Below, one piece after another: positions 30,837-48,759 of a stretch of 64,000 nt of DNA. The DNA is taken from assembly GCF_009914755.1 (NCBI RefSeq), contig NC_060930.1; one strand, 5' to 3'. The DNA is from the human T2T-CHM13v2.0 reference genome, Homo sapiens. Position 1 is the first letter of the stretch. Each line of letters starts with the position of its first letter. The translations under genes were made by a program, and so were the position numbers. Below the pieces are notes generated by a model. The model had not been told where the DNA came from. It did not search any database and saw nothing but the letters and a program-made list of their open reading frames with translations.

Positions 30837-31608
30837 TCACAATGATTTTGGGAGGATTCTTCCAAAGTCTTCTGTTTTGATACTTTGCATGGTCTGATTC
30901 AAATTCTCTGTCCTTGTTATATCCCTAGACACAAAATGTCACTAACCACAGGAAGGTAGGTGACATTTAATTACTCTGTGGTACTAATAGTGATGTACAG
31001 CAGCTATCAACTAACATAACGATTTAGTTCTGGCTTGGAGGGTTGGGGTAAAAATTGTATGTGTGACCAGTGCTCATTAGGGATGACTGAGTTGGTCGAG
31101 TTGCTTTTTGTCCCATTGTTTTAGTCTGAGAAATACATTCAGGAGAAAGGAGGTTTGATTAACTACTCCTGCAGATAAGAACTATTCAAAGCCTTTCATA
31201 TTTTCAATAATACAAAGCTTTTGCTTTAGAAGTTGCAAATCTGAAATGCATGCACATTCGAACGGTTTATTCACTGCCCCTCCAGGACAGCAAAAATCAT
31301 GTGTCCATTTGCAAGGGCTATGTCACTCACATTCTTTAGTGGAAAGCTTATGTTTGTCTAGTTATGTAGTCTAGTTCAGTAGCTATCAAGACTGTCTTAT
31401 ATATGTTAGATTGTGTGCAATTGCCTAATCACTTTATGGTGAAGCAGCCTCTGGCCCCCATGATTAATTTCAAACTCTTAAGCTCTGAGTAACAATTTTG
31501 CATGACAAAGTTAGCATTTTATCATTCCAAGAAATTGAATCTGCTACAGGCTTTCCATCCTTAATCCACAATAATGACTACATGGTTCAAATCTGCATGC
31601 TTGGATAG

Positions 31609-31936
<328 letters not shown>

Positions 31937-34489
31937 TAGAATTTTCTGATGACTTGCTAGTGCTTCTCCAGCTCCTCATCCTATACTACCCCCTCATAAA
32001 CATACATGTAAATGGTCTTGCAAAATTAATCACACTCGTAATAGATATACAATGTAATTTCCTACCTAAGTAGTTACAGTAAAAGAAGGTTGTTCTCTCA
32101 TAATCACCACGAATGATGCCACCTCAGATTACCTTAAGACAACTACCTCTTGTCCTACATGCATTGGTACAATTCCTCTTTAACTACTCTAAGCCACTTG
32201 TCTCTCTCTTGGATTATATGGCCATGTTCTCTTCGAAATTGGAAACCAACATATTTGAACATTCTGCCTATTCAGGGATAAAAATCAACTCATCAAAATA
32301 ATTTTTTTTCCTGTTCCAAACTTTTTACTTGAGACTACTCTTACTGATTTCCAATTTGCAGTGTAAGCTTTTTTTTGCATATTTCTTACTATACCACCAT
32401 CTACAAATACTAACAATAATTTATCATCATGATAACTAAAATTTACCATAAAATTTGTTAAAAATAATTGGCAAGGAACTGTTACCAAAAATCATTTAAT
32501 TATCAGTGCTCTCTAACAAGACCTCTGTGTTGGGTTAAAGTACCAAAATTTAGGGAAGTTTTTCAAAATTGAAACTGGATAACCTAAGGTACAGAATGCT
32601 TTAGGAATTAAAAATCAGTGATTATATTTTGCTCATTCCTTTTCTTCTTTCATTCAACTGCAAAATGTCAAACATTTACTCTCAGAGGTCTAGCACTGTA
32701 CATATCTAACCAAAATCTATCTATACTATGCTATCCAAAAATCAAACCTTAAAAATCAAAACAGCTGCCTGCTTGAGTATATACTTAATTGTTTTTGGAA
32801 TGTCAGTGTCTACTTTGACTAAATAATAACTCTAAAGAGAAATAATTTATGGCACCTACAGAGTGAGATGTATTAATTCAATAATAAAGCTCTGTTAAAA
32901 TCATGCAAAAAATTTTGATGGTGATGGAAACTCATGTACTTCAGCATCTTTATTTCTATTACTACCATTATGTTCTGAGTTTGAAGTGTTTCCAACTTTT
33001 TTCTAATAGTCATCTAAAATCTTCAAAGCTAGTTCCTAAAAAGCTGGACTGCTCTAAGAGACTCTTTAAATAAGTGCTTGAAGCACTTGCTAGATGTGTA
33101 AGTGCTTTATTTAATAATTGAATTGTAAGGTCACTTTTATATATGCTATCATAATTGCTTTTATAAAATAAATTTAGCTACATGTAAGTGAAAAATGTCC
33201 TGCCTCATATAGTAATTGGTTGCATTAAGTACAAGATGAATCTCTATCACAATGTATAAATGCACAAAAATGTACAAAGAGTACACAAAGGAGAAAAACA
33301 TAAAATTTTAGGGAAAGACTAAAATGTAAATTACATAATAAAATACATTAAAAATGTTAAAGTCAGTATTAGTCACTAAATACATACTATGGCTATTATA
33401 ATAATTATAGAATATCAGGCTGTGTGAGGAGGCTCAATAAATGACACCTCTGTTTCCTGCCAATTTTAAAGCAGTTGAGATATGAAAGAATAGTCTGCTA
33501 ATAGGAAAGCAAAGTTTACCTTTATTATTCATAAAGTTGATTGGAAGATATGGCATCTGCAGGCAAGTACTTCCTTCCTAGTACTGAGCCCTAGAATGAA
33601 ATTGACTGACTCATCAAGTCCTAGACTACCTGGACCTGGCAGACCCCCAACCATGCCAGAGTCTACTTTATGAAATGAATGGCATAAGGAATAGACCAGA
33701 ATGTGTCCTTCCTCTTTGCAGGCAGCAAGATTCATAGAAGGGGCTGGGCCAAGTAGGTTCAGTTTTGTTTTCTTCCCTCAACCTCAGCAATCACTAGGAG
33801 GCTTCCCTGGGGTGAGATCACAATGTTCTAACATTGTTTTCATTACTCAACAAATGTTTCTAACAAATGTTTTCATTATTCAACAATGTCTATGATATGT
33901 ATCTATATTACTACTGTTGCACTAATACGTTCATTTTACATGCTCTGTAGTCTCCTATATTTTAATATATTGCTTGCCTATTCTGTTTTCCAATTTTTTA
34001 CTATTGTAAAAGATGTTTCAATGAGTGTTCTTGACAAATCTCATTGGGTACATGTGCAATAGTTTGTTTTGGGGTATTTACCTAGAAGTGGAATTTCTGA
34101 ATGGAAGTGAATAAAAATATTGCATTCATTATAGATGAAAAGTGGAACTTGATAGAGCACAATAATAAAGTAACTTTATTCTCTTAACTCCCCTGCAACT
34201 AATCCTCATGTTATTCCTTAAAGTCCATCCTGTGGACTATTTGTTCTCTGCCGCTTGGATGAAATATTTTGCAGGTTTTAAACATTTTAGTACTTTTAGA
34301 ATCCATTAGTCATTTTTAATGATAGGAACAATCTTCATTAACCCTGCCTACACACAAATGGGGAAAAAAGAATAATCTCCATTTTTAGAAATTAAATGTC
34401 TAAAACAGTGCAATACTAGATATTATGAAGCTTATTTATTTAAATTAAAATATTTATTTATTCTTTTTACCTTTCTAAAAATTTATTTT

Positions 34490-37825
<3,336 letters not shown>

Positions 37826-38254
37826 TTAGACAAGTCAGACACCAGGGTTTGATTTAGCTCTGAAGCTCTAGCGTTTCACATAATTTCCTTCCATGAAGGC
37901 CACAGCTATGATCAGCATGGAGCACCTGAGGCTTTGCTCCAGGAAACTAACTTTATATGATGCATACATTTCTAATGAAGAGTTTTAAAGACTTTGAAAT
38001 TGTAATTTTTATTTCATTTATATGTTGAAAATGCAAGTATATCTTTAGCAGCAAAGAAACAGTTGAATTTAGTGCTGAGTACAAAGAGTTAAGCTGGGAA
38101 AATCAGATGATGTTTTTATTTAGTGTTTATTGTAACCACCAGTGAGCCAGGACACACGCACATTATGAAAGATATTTGAAATGCTGAAATAATTTTTCTT
38201 GTTGCTTGTACCAAGGGTTGAATATTGTAACACTGGAAAATGTTTAATGAATGA

Positions 38255-38898
<644 letters not shown>

Positions 38899-39018
38899 TG
38901 AAAGCTCGGAATGAGGGATTATTGACCTGCCAATTAAAAGTTGTATTTTTTTTCTGATAATCAATTTAAAGCCAAATTCTTCTCTTCTAAACCATGTCTT
39001 AATTACTTATGCCCACTA

Positions 39019-39329
<311 letters not shown>

Positions 39330-39488
39330 TAAAATATATTTTTTAGTTTTGTCGCCTGTATTCCTCACTGTTATGATAAACGGAAACATCGATATTAGTG
39401 TTTATCACGAAATTGTTCTACAAATATTCCATGAGGGTCTTAGTTCCAGTTACACTATTCTGTCTATAAATAAAAAGTAAAAATGTAA

Positions 39489-39507
39489 TTGCCACAAGGT
39501 GGCAGCA
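39489..39507 (+). promoter_or_regulatory. Candidate CTCF binding site
   Basis: TTGCCACAAGGTGGCAGCA matches the CTCF core CCAC.AGGTGGCAG. Confidence 0.7.
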
Positions 39508-40522
39508 GTATCTTCAAACTGTTCTACAAATAACCGAAGAATGGGGAATTTTCTAAGTTCCTAGAGTCGTCCTCCCACTGCCCTCAACTATCTCACAGTC
39601 TGTATTCTGTAGCTCAAATATATATATTTTTCTTTCTGTCCTTTTTCTTTATCTTTTGGTTGTTAAAAAGCCTAAATATGGGCTATTCTCAAGCGTCAGA
39701 AGGAAAAGTGAGGCAATTAGAGCCATTTTGCCTATGTCTGACATGCCTGGAATCCAATTAAGAGTTTAAAGTCACTCACACAAAAGTTAATCTAATAACA
39801 TTCTACGATAGTCTTTTCACTAAAAATATACATGGTTTCAGGCATGTGTTTTTTCATGATTTTTCTCAGCCTCCAGACAATGGCAACTGGCATTTCATTT
39901 ATTAGAAAGTGATTGTGCTTTTAGGACATCCAGTTCACATTTATTACGTTTCTAGTGTAATTAGTGGCAATACAGCTGTAAGTTGACCAGGAACATCTTA
40001 TTCTTGTCTTATGTGCATTTCAATAGACCGCATTGGGTTTGAAAATATATATTGTTAAATAACATTATAGGTAATATAAAATTATCTCATATTCCCACAT
40101 TCTGAACACAAACTGTTTTCTATTTCTCTATGCTTCTTTAGAATCTTTATCCACATTTATACAGAGTTCTGTTTTCCCTCTTTATCCCACATATAATCAT
40201 TCCTAATAGAGAGTTCTAGAACACCCATAGCATTTTAAAATTTTCACTTATTATTTCATAAACATTTCAATTTTGCAGCATAATCTTTATCTTTGTATAT
40301 GGCATCTTAATATTGAGTTATAAAGTTTATTTTATTTCTTTGGTGGACACTTAGGTTGTTTTTTATTTTATGTGTTGCAATTAATTACAGTATGGATGAT
40401 GTTCTGGGTGGGTTTGAGTTCAGATATTTTGTTTAATTCTGACTATAAATACTCTAATATTTGTCAAAGCATGTGTCCTGAATTTGATTTGGATTCCCAA
40501 CACCTGCAAAGAACTATGTAAA

Positions 40523-40526
<4 letters not shown>

Positions 40527-40556
<30 letters not shown>
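40527..40556 (+). repeat. (TG)15 microsatellite
   Basis: Read directly. Confidence 0.95.
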
Positions 40557-40561
<5 letters not shown>

Positions 40562-40714
40562 CAACAATTTTACTCTAGGATATTGACTTAAGGAAATAGT
40601 TCAAAAGAAAAAATCTGAGTAATATAATGTTTCTTTATACTTTAAATTCTGGGAATATCAGCATCTGTTTATTTTGTGTAACTAATGCTTTCCTTTTTTT
40701 TTTTTTCTTTCGGC

Positions 40715-41010
40715 ATTTCTTTTTTCTTCTTCTTCTTTTTTTTTTTTTTAAATAGGGTTTCCTTCTGTCACCCAAACTGGAGTGCAGTGGCGTGATCTTG
40801 GCTCACTGCAACCTTCGCCTCCTGGCTTAAGTGATCCTCCCACCTCAGACTCCAGAGTAGTTGGACCACAGTTGTGTGCCATCACACCTCGCTAATTTTT
40901 TTGTGCTTTTTGGTAGAGGCTAGGCTGGTCTCGAACTCCTGACCTCAGCTGATCCACCCACATCAGCCTCCCAAAGTGTTGGGTTTATAGGCGTAAGCCA
41001 CCACACCCAG
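40715..41010 (-). mobile_element. AluJ-type SINE with small internal deletion
   Basis: Diverged Alu dimer. Confidence 0.88.
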
Positions 41011-41538
41011 TGTTCTTTTAGGATTTCTATTTCCAAATAATTCACATGGTGTTGATTTGGTGTATAAATTTTAGATCTAAATCAATTTGTTCCATATTGT
41101 AGTATAAATGCCCCTTTCTATTTATTAAGTAATGTTCATTTCCTGAAATCATGTGATTCTTATTTTGTCAGACATTTAGATATAAAACATAAATGAATTT
41201 ATTTGGGTTTTAAAAATCCCATTTTATTTATATTTATTTTTGTATCAATATGCATCATCTAATTATTGTTACTTTATCTGGAGGGACTTGTGCTTCCTGA
41301 CATTTCTTCCACCTTTATTATTTTTTAGAATATTCCTTAGCATGTATTTTTCTATTTTCATTATATAAAGCATTTTTTAAAAATGATTTTAATTGTGATC
41401 ACACTAAATCAGTAAATGGACAGGTTAAGAAATGACATTTTATTTACATTTTTATTCTGAAATAAAACATGTTCATTGTAATGAAAATTGAAATAAAAAT
41501 GAAATATAGAAAGAGAAAGTCTACTCAATCTTTCACTC

Positions 41539-41876
<338 letters not shown>

Positions 41877-42225
41877 TAGATACATGTCTTTCCACTCTTT
41901 ACATATATCATACATGTGAAAACTTGGCTATTCTGCGACTGATTTCCTTCATTCACAATCCATGGTGGGGTCTTTTAATATCTATTCATATAAGCTTACC
42001 TCACTTTTTAAAATGGCTGAGCAGTCTTTCAATAAAATGTATCATAGCTTATATAATTGATTCTTTATAGATATTTAAGTTGTTTGAAATTTTTGAAATC
42101 TTATATTAAGAATTATTGCAAAAAATCTCCTGTAAATAAATATATCTTTGTGTAGTTGAGAATTTGTTTCTGAGGTCTAAATTTCTAAGAGTGGATTTGC
42201 TAAGTCAGAGACTATGTTTTTTACT

Positions 42226-42529
42226 ATTTTTTATTTTATTTATTTATTTATTTATTTATTTATGTACAAGGTCTTGCTCTGTTGTCCAGGCTGGAGTACG
42301 GTGACGTGATCATGGTTCACTGCAGTCTCCTACGCCTGGCTCCAGCCATCCTCTTGCCTCAGCCTCCTGAGTTACTAGGACTACATGGCATGCACTAGAC
42401 TAATTTTTTAATTCATTTGTAGAGATAAGGTCTTGCTATGTTTCCTAGGCTGGTCTCAAGCTCCTAGATTCGAGTGATCCTCCCACCTCAGCCTCCCAAG
42501 GCACTGGGATTACAGGCATGAGCTCAGCC
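42226..42529 (-). mobile_element. AluJ-type SINE with (TTTA)n tail
   Basis: Diverged Alu dimer. Confidence 0.88.
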
Positions 42530-42939
42530 TATATTTTTCTTTAATTGTGATAGATATTAGCAAATCTAGATATCTGGAGACAAATTGGTTTCCAAAAATT
42601 GTTCTGAATTATCTTTTCATTGATAGTACATAACAATTCCTATTTCCAAACTAGTAAATTTAACATACTTTGAAGGTCTAAGAATATCTGTATCTTTACT
42701 GTTGGGTAAACACTCTGCAAAACCTATCCTTTCCTCGTGTTCCATATCTTGTTTTGATTGATTCATGGAAAAAGAGGTTTATGATTCTAACCTGATCGGT
42801 TGACTTGGATGCCTGTAAAATTATGTAATCTCTCTCTGTTTCCCTCTGTTTCTCTCTTAACATAGGTCAAAGGTATGAAAGAAAAGTGTTCATATAAAAT
42901 TCTGGAAATCTTTTCTTTTTTTGATTTTCATTGTATATG

Positions 42940-43330
42940 ACATGGTGTCCTAGAGCCAAGTCAGGGTGTCTGAATTCACTTCAACTTGGACACTAAATAG
43001 AGATACAACTTTAAGCAAGACAATTAATCTTATTGTTCCTTAATTTCCTCCTTAGTAATAGTTACCCACCTCACAAGATGTTGTGAAAACAAATACTAAC
43101 AGTGGTGAGGATAGTAATAATATTTTGAACAGTGATTTATAGCTTTTGAAGTACTTTATTGTGCATCATCTCTTCTGATCTTTATAATAACCTCATATGC
43201 TAGACTGGATAGATATTTTTATCATTTTTCATGTAAAAAACTAAGACTCTATTAAGTTTCGGTAATAGCAAGAAAAGTTTCTTAGGGAAGTTAAAAGTAT
43301 CGCACAACTGTAATACCAAGAACAAGGAAA
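42940..43330. mobile_element. Two MIR fragments in opposite orientation
   Basis: CTTTAAGCAAGACAATTAATC...TTTCCTC; TCATTTTTCATGTAAAAAACTAAGACTC. Confidence 0.55.
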
Positions 43331-43899
43331 TACAGATGTTTTCCTGGCAAGGAGCTTCAGAGAAGGCTGTGTGTATGGCGTTTCTCCTTCCAACATGCCT
43401 GAGGTTATTTACTAAGAGGAAAAGACAGTTCTGTGACCAACCTTTCTCCCTCACTTTTCCCATCAAAACTCCTTGTATATGGTTATAGGGAAGTTAACAG
43501 AAAATAATAGAAGTTTGTGTGTGTGTGTGTATGATTTATAAGTATATATACTATATAAATACTGAGACTTCTTGAACAATCATTACTTTTATATAGCAAT
43601 TCATCTCGCCCATGCCCACTGACAATGGGATACTCAAGTTTTCTTCCCTATGTCACCACTGGAACCTTCGTTATGTATCTAACTTCCACCTTCTGTCTTT
43701 TCAGCTTATGCTAGAACTTCATTCCAAGCACTCACTTGGGATCTTGAAAAATCTACTCTGGGTGAGTCATACACTAGGTTATTAGGGTAACAACCAAAGC
43801 ACAGTACACGTTGTGTCTTAGAGAAAGGAAAAGAATCCTTTCTCATGTGTCTTAGTGAGGCACTTCTTATTTTCTCCCCCGTCCTGGAGGGGCAAATGG

Positions 43900-44006
43900 C
43901 GTGTGTGTGTGTGCATGTGCACACTCATTTATATATATATTATGTGTATGTATAATTGTGTGTGTGTATATATATGTATATTCTGTGTGTGTGTGTATGT
44001 ATATAT
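43900..44006. repeat. Mixed (TG)n/(TA)n microsatellite
   Basis: Read directly. Confidence 0.9.
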
Positions 44007-44323
44007 AAAGGGTAAAGTAAAGGAGGACCTCTTTTACTCCTGAAAGTAAAGGAGGTCCAAACATAAACATTAGCAGAAGTAGGAACTAAATTTCTAAAAC
44101 TTGGCTTATGCTTCTTTTAGCTACTGATTCAATAAATCCTTTTACTTTTTCCCTGTTTCCACAGAGCAAGAAATATCAAATCTTAAAGTTAATTATAAAT
44201 GGAATGATTAATAATTTTTCTCTCTAGCTTGGATTATATCAATAATAAATAACTCTTTTGAATTATTATATTTACCACGGTATCAGATCAATAGTACAAT
44301 GTGTATTTCTCATTTTACCAACA

Positions 44324-44636
44324 TTATTATTATTGTTATTATTATTATTACTATTTTGAGACAGGGTCTCACTCTGTCACCCAAGCTGGGGCACAGTGGC
44401 ACGATCACGGCTCATGTCAGCCTCGACCTCCTGGGCTCAGGTGATCCTCTCACCTCAGCCTCCTGAGTAGCTGGGATGACAGGCGTGCGCAACCACGCCA
44501 GGCTAATATTTTTTTTTTGAAGAGACAGAGTTTCCTTATGCTGCCTAGGCTGGTCTTCAACTTCTGAGCTCAAGCAATCAACCACTTTGGCCTCCCAAAG
44601 TGCTGAGATTATGGGCGTGAGCCACCGCGTGCAGCC
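44324..44636 (-). mobile_element. AluJ-type SINE with (TTA)n tail
   Basis: Alu dimer; TSD ACCAACATTATT. Confidence 0.92.
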
Positions 44637-45019
44637 TCACCAACATTATTTAGCTCCCTTTGCCTGGAAGGGAAACCCATGAACATGTGCTTGACACTGT
44701 GTTTTATTAGAGATACAGAGGGGAAATAAGAAAGCAAAAATAGCAGAGGTAATTGCTTTACAAAAGGCTAGGTTTAAAGAGTGGACAGACCATTTAAAAA
44801 AATTTAATACAAGAGATAGTTATTCAGACCCTACTAACTGCCAGAAATTCTGGCTATCAAAACAGGTAAGATAATAGCCCTGTCCTAGAGCAATGCGCAA
44901 TTAATCTAGAGCTGTAAAATTTTAGACTCAGAAGGAAATCTGAGATAATTTGGTTCATGCTTTTCATTTTACAGGTGGGAAAAGGTTAACCATTGATGTG
45001 AAGCACAAGGGTTTTATAG

Positions 45020-45430
45020 TTATGATGCTTTAGTTTCAAATCATAGAAATCCAAGTAAAATAAGCTGAATATAAAAGGGAACATGTATTGGCTCTCATAG
45101 CTAAAAAGTCTAAGGATAGTTCAGCTTTAGGCACAGCTAAATCAGGGTGGTCATGTAATTCTCTCTCTCTCTTTTTCTCTCTATCACTTTACTCGGCTTC
45201 ACTTTTCCTTTTACCTCATTATCTCCTGCCTCAAACAGGTTTCCTTCATTTGCAGGAAAGATGATTGTCAGAAACACTATCATTCACAAACCTAAATCAG
45301 AAGGAGTTTTTCTGCTTCCCTCCAAGGCCAGAAAGGACCCACAAAGACTCTTATGGCTCAGTCGGAGCCACTTTTCTACCACTCTGATTTGACAGCCTTT
45401 CCAGTCACACATGGAGTGGGGAGATTCCTA
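45020..45430 (-). mobile_element. MLT1-type (ERVL-MaLR) LTR fragment
   Basis: GTATTGGCTCTCATAGCTAAAAAGTC...CAGCTTTAGGCACAGCT..ATCAGGG. Confidence 0.55.
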
Positions 45431-46004
45431 AAAGAATTGTGAAGAGGGCAGGGAACTTATAGAATTACATAGCAGATATGGAAGGAGCCGAGACCAGAAA
45501 ACAAGCCTCCTAGACTAAAATTTCCAATATCATTTCAGGCTGTACCTGTTGAGGGCTATGGTGTCCACTTCTATTGTCTTCTGTGATGTCCACTGCCAAA
45601 TTTTGTACGAGAGCAACCACTATACCCGGCCTAGATTTCAATGATTATTATTGGCCTTGTTCTATTATATATTTAATTGTAAATATCTTTAAGAACCTTA
45701 TTAAATATGTTTTCTTATTATAAAATTAATTTCAATCTATTTTGGAAATAGGTGGCTGCAAATGTAGCAAATTAACACTATCAACACTTCACTTTTTCTT
45801 TTCTGTTTACCATCATAGGGGTCTCACTAGCTGCTCTCATTTCTATTTAGTCTTAGGAAAGGACATAGCAATTCTTCTAATTTCATTGGTTTTACACTGG
45901 TAACTCCCAGAATTTTGCTCTCATGTTTTCTGTCGGGGTATTTACAATGGATAGCCCTTTAGAGGAGAAATATACTACCACAGACTTAGTGGTTAATTGG
46001 GGAA

Positions 46005-46500
46005 CAGAGGAATTCTATTCAGCCTTACAAATGGGGAAACCATGTTGTTTGTGACAACATGGATGAATCTGGTTTCATTTTATTTCACTGCTAAGTGAAA
46101 TAAACAGGCACAGGAATACTGCATGATGTCATTTACATGTGGTATCTAAAAAAGGTGACCTTATAGAAGTAGACAGTAGAATGGTAGTTCTCAGAGGCTG
46201 GGGAGGGGAAGAGTAGATGGGGAAGAGGAGATATTGATCAAAGGGTAGAAAGTTTCCGTTAGACAGGAAGATAAGCTTTAATAATTTATTGCACAGAATG
46301 GTGACTATAATAAATAATAATACATCGTATATTTTGAAATTACTTGAAGCATAGATTTTGAAGGTTTTCACCACAATAATAAGTATGTACGTTTGTTAAT
46401 TAGCCTGACTTAATCATTCCACATTGTAAACATACATCAAAATATCACATTGTATCCCATAAATATATATAAGTTTTGTCAGTTAAAAATAAAGTTGAAA
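46005..46500 (+). mobile_element. L1MA8/9-type 3' end
   Basis: GACAACATGGATGAATCTGG; AGTAGAATGGTAGTT; GGTGACTATA..AAATAATAAT; AAATAAA tail. Confidence 0.85.
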
Positions 46501-46849
46501 ATATTTACAGACTGGATATTATACTTTATTTAGGCTTCTATACTTTTTAGTCATGCCCTTCTATGTCTAGCAAGCTAAAACACAGATCAAGTCCACATAT
46601 TTACAGATGTGAAACAATGGCTATATGTAAAAATGTGAATTTGATTCATTTGTTTTTAGGTCTGAACATTTCATTTTCTGATAATCTAATTTTGTCTGCA
46701 AATGTACTTCCAGGTTACTAGAAAAATTAAGAGAAGTTATAAATATAAGAAATTTCAATCACTTGAGATTTTCCTACAAGAGACTCTTGAATGTGAGTGC
46801 ATCTACTTAATATGTTGATTCTCCCACTCTTCATATTGTTTTTGTGCTT

Positions 46850-47100
46850 GGTCACTCATTAAAATAGACAGGAAGCCCACACGTGAATTTATCAGGCTGT
46901 TCTTGTTCCATATGCTCTAAGCATAAGGGGTGCAGGGCTGAAAAAGCAGCTCCAGAGTGTTGGGGATCAAGTCCTCTTCCATCTTGTTGCTCTGTCCTTT
47001 TCACCTTGCAGATTTCATCTCATGGTCCAAGATGGCTGCTCTACTTTTGCATAGAGACTGGCAAGAAGGTGAAAAAAAGTATGGAGTGGAGATACTCCTT
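46850..47100 (-). mobile_element. MLT1-type LTR fragment
   Basis: TTCCATCTTGTTGCTCTG..CC; CTCATGGTCCAAGATGGCTGCT. Confidence 0.5.
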
Positions 47101-47941
47101 TCCTTTCTATGTCACAAAGGAAGTTCTATTTTCACTCCTGTGTTTAATTGTCTATAAGCTTATGCTCCATCTTCCTTTCACCCACGTTTTGAGGATTATG
47201 CATTAATTGTTTTCCACTCTAACTTCCTGTAAGTCTTATTTTGCTGGCAATGGCAGTAGGGGCCTATTTGAGGGTTTAGATTAAAGACAGTTTAAGAGAT
47301 GTGGAGATTCTAATATCAGACGGAAGGTCGGGAAAAGTCATTGAGTTACTGTGTTAAACAAGATTTCAAGAATATTCATGAGAATGTTAAAAGTTACTCA
47401 TTCAATATTTATTGAGTACCAGTTTTGGTGTGGCCTTGTACAAAATCCAGATACACCATAACAATTATAGGTGAATCTTGCTCTTGAGATCGTCACAATC
47501 CGAGTTGACCTGCTTCTCATTTCATCCTGTCAATGAAGGCTATGGTGCATTCTCCATTTTAGCAATAAAGTGTTTTACTATGTGTGTCCCTTACCCTGTA
47601 GGGTAAGGGGATAACTATATGAGTCAGTCTGACACTGCATTCTAAATACTTTACCCCCCACCCTGCCCCAAATTAGTTTGTCTTGACTAATGGAAAAGTT
47701 TCTATCTAAATAACAATTTGGAGTTATCAAGACAAATTTTAAAGGGTTGAATACTTATATAATGAAGGATTGCTGATTAGTTGGAATGATACGTAGTTTT
47801 TTCACTTATTTTTATTTTCTTATTTTAGAAATAATATTTAAGTATAGCCTTTATAGTAAAAGGGGAGGAAACCCTTTATTCCAAAAAGAGTTAGAAATTA
47901 TTCAATTTTCACCCAATTGAATTTAAGGGCCTCAAAAGTTA

Positions 47942-48332
<391 letters not shown>

Positions 48333-48759
48333 TTAATTTCTTAGATTAAATAAGATTTTTTTCCTCCAGAATAATTGTTGAAAGTTATGTAATTGTAGTA
48401 AAACTGACAACTCTTATGAAACAATATTTCCTTTATTGTTCTATTGGCACAGCAGTGCTGTGATTTTTGTTTTGGGAGATTACACTTAAGAATATGAAAA
48501 CTATCCTGCAACTTTGCTCTCATGTCAATAGGAGAAATTGTTTTGATATCAACAGACCAGTGAGTCAATGAATTCACAAACAGAATAATCATTTCTTAAC
48601 ATTTTCATGTACATCAGAATATTTTCTCTCCTTAACAATTTTTACAAGACATTATCACTGTATCGTATATGAATAAATCTAGGATAAACAAAAAACTAAA
48701 ATTAATATCTTTTTTTAAAAAAACATTCAATTTGTGTTGAAGCAAGGCTGCAGGAAGTC

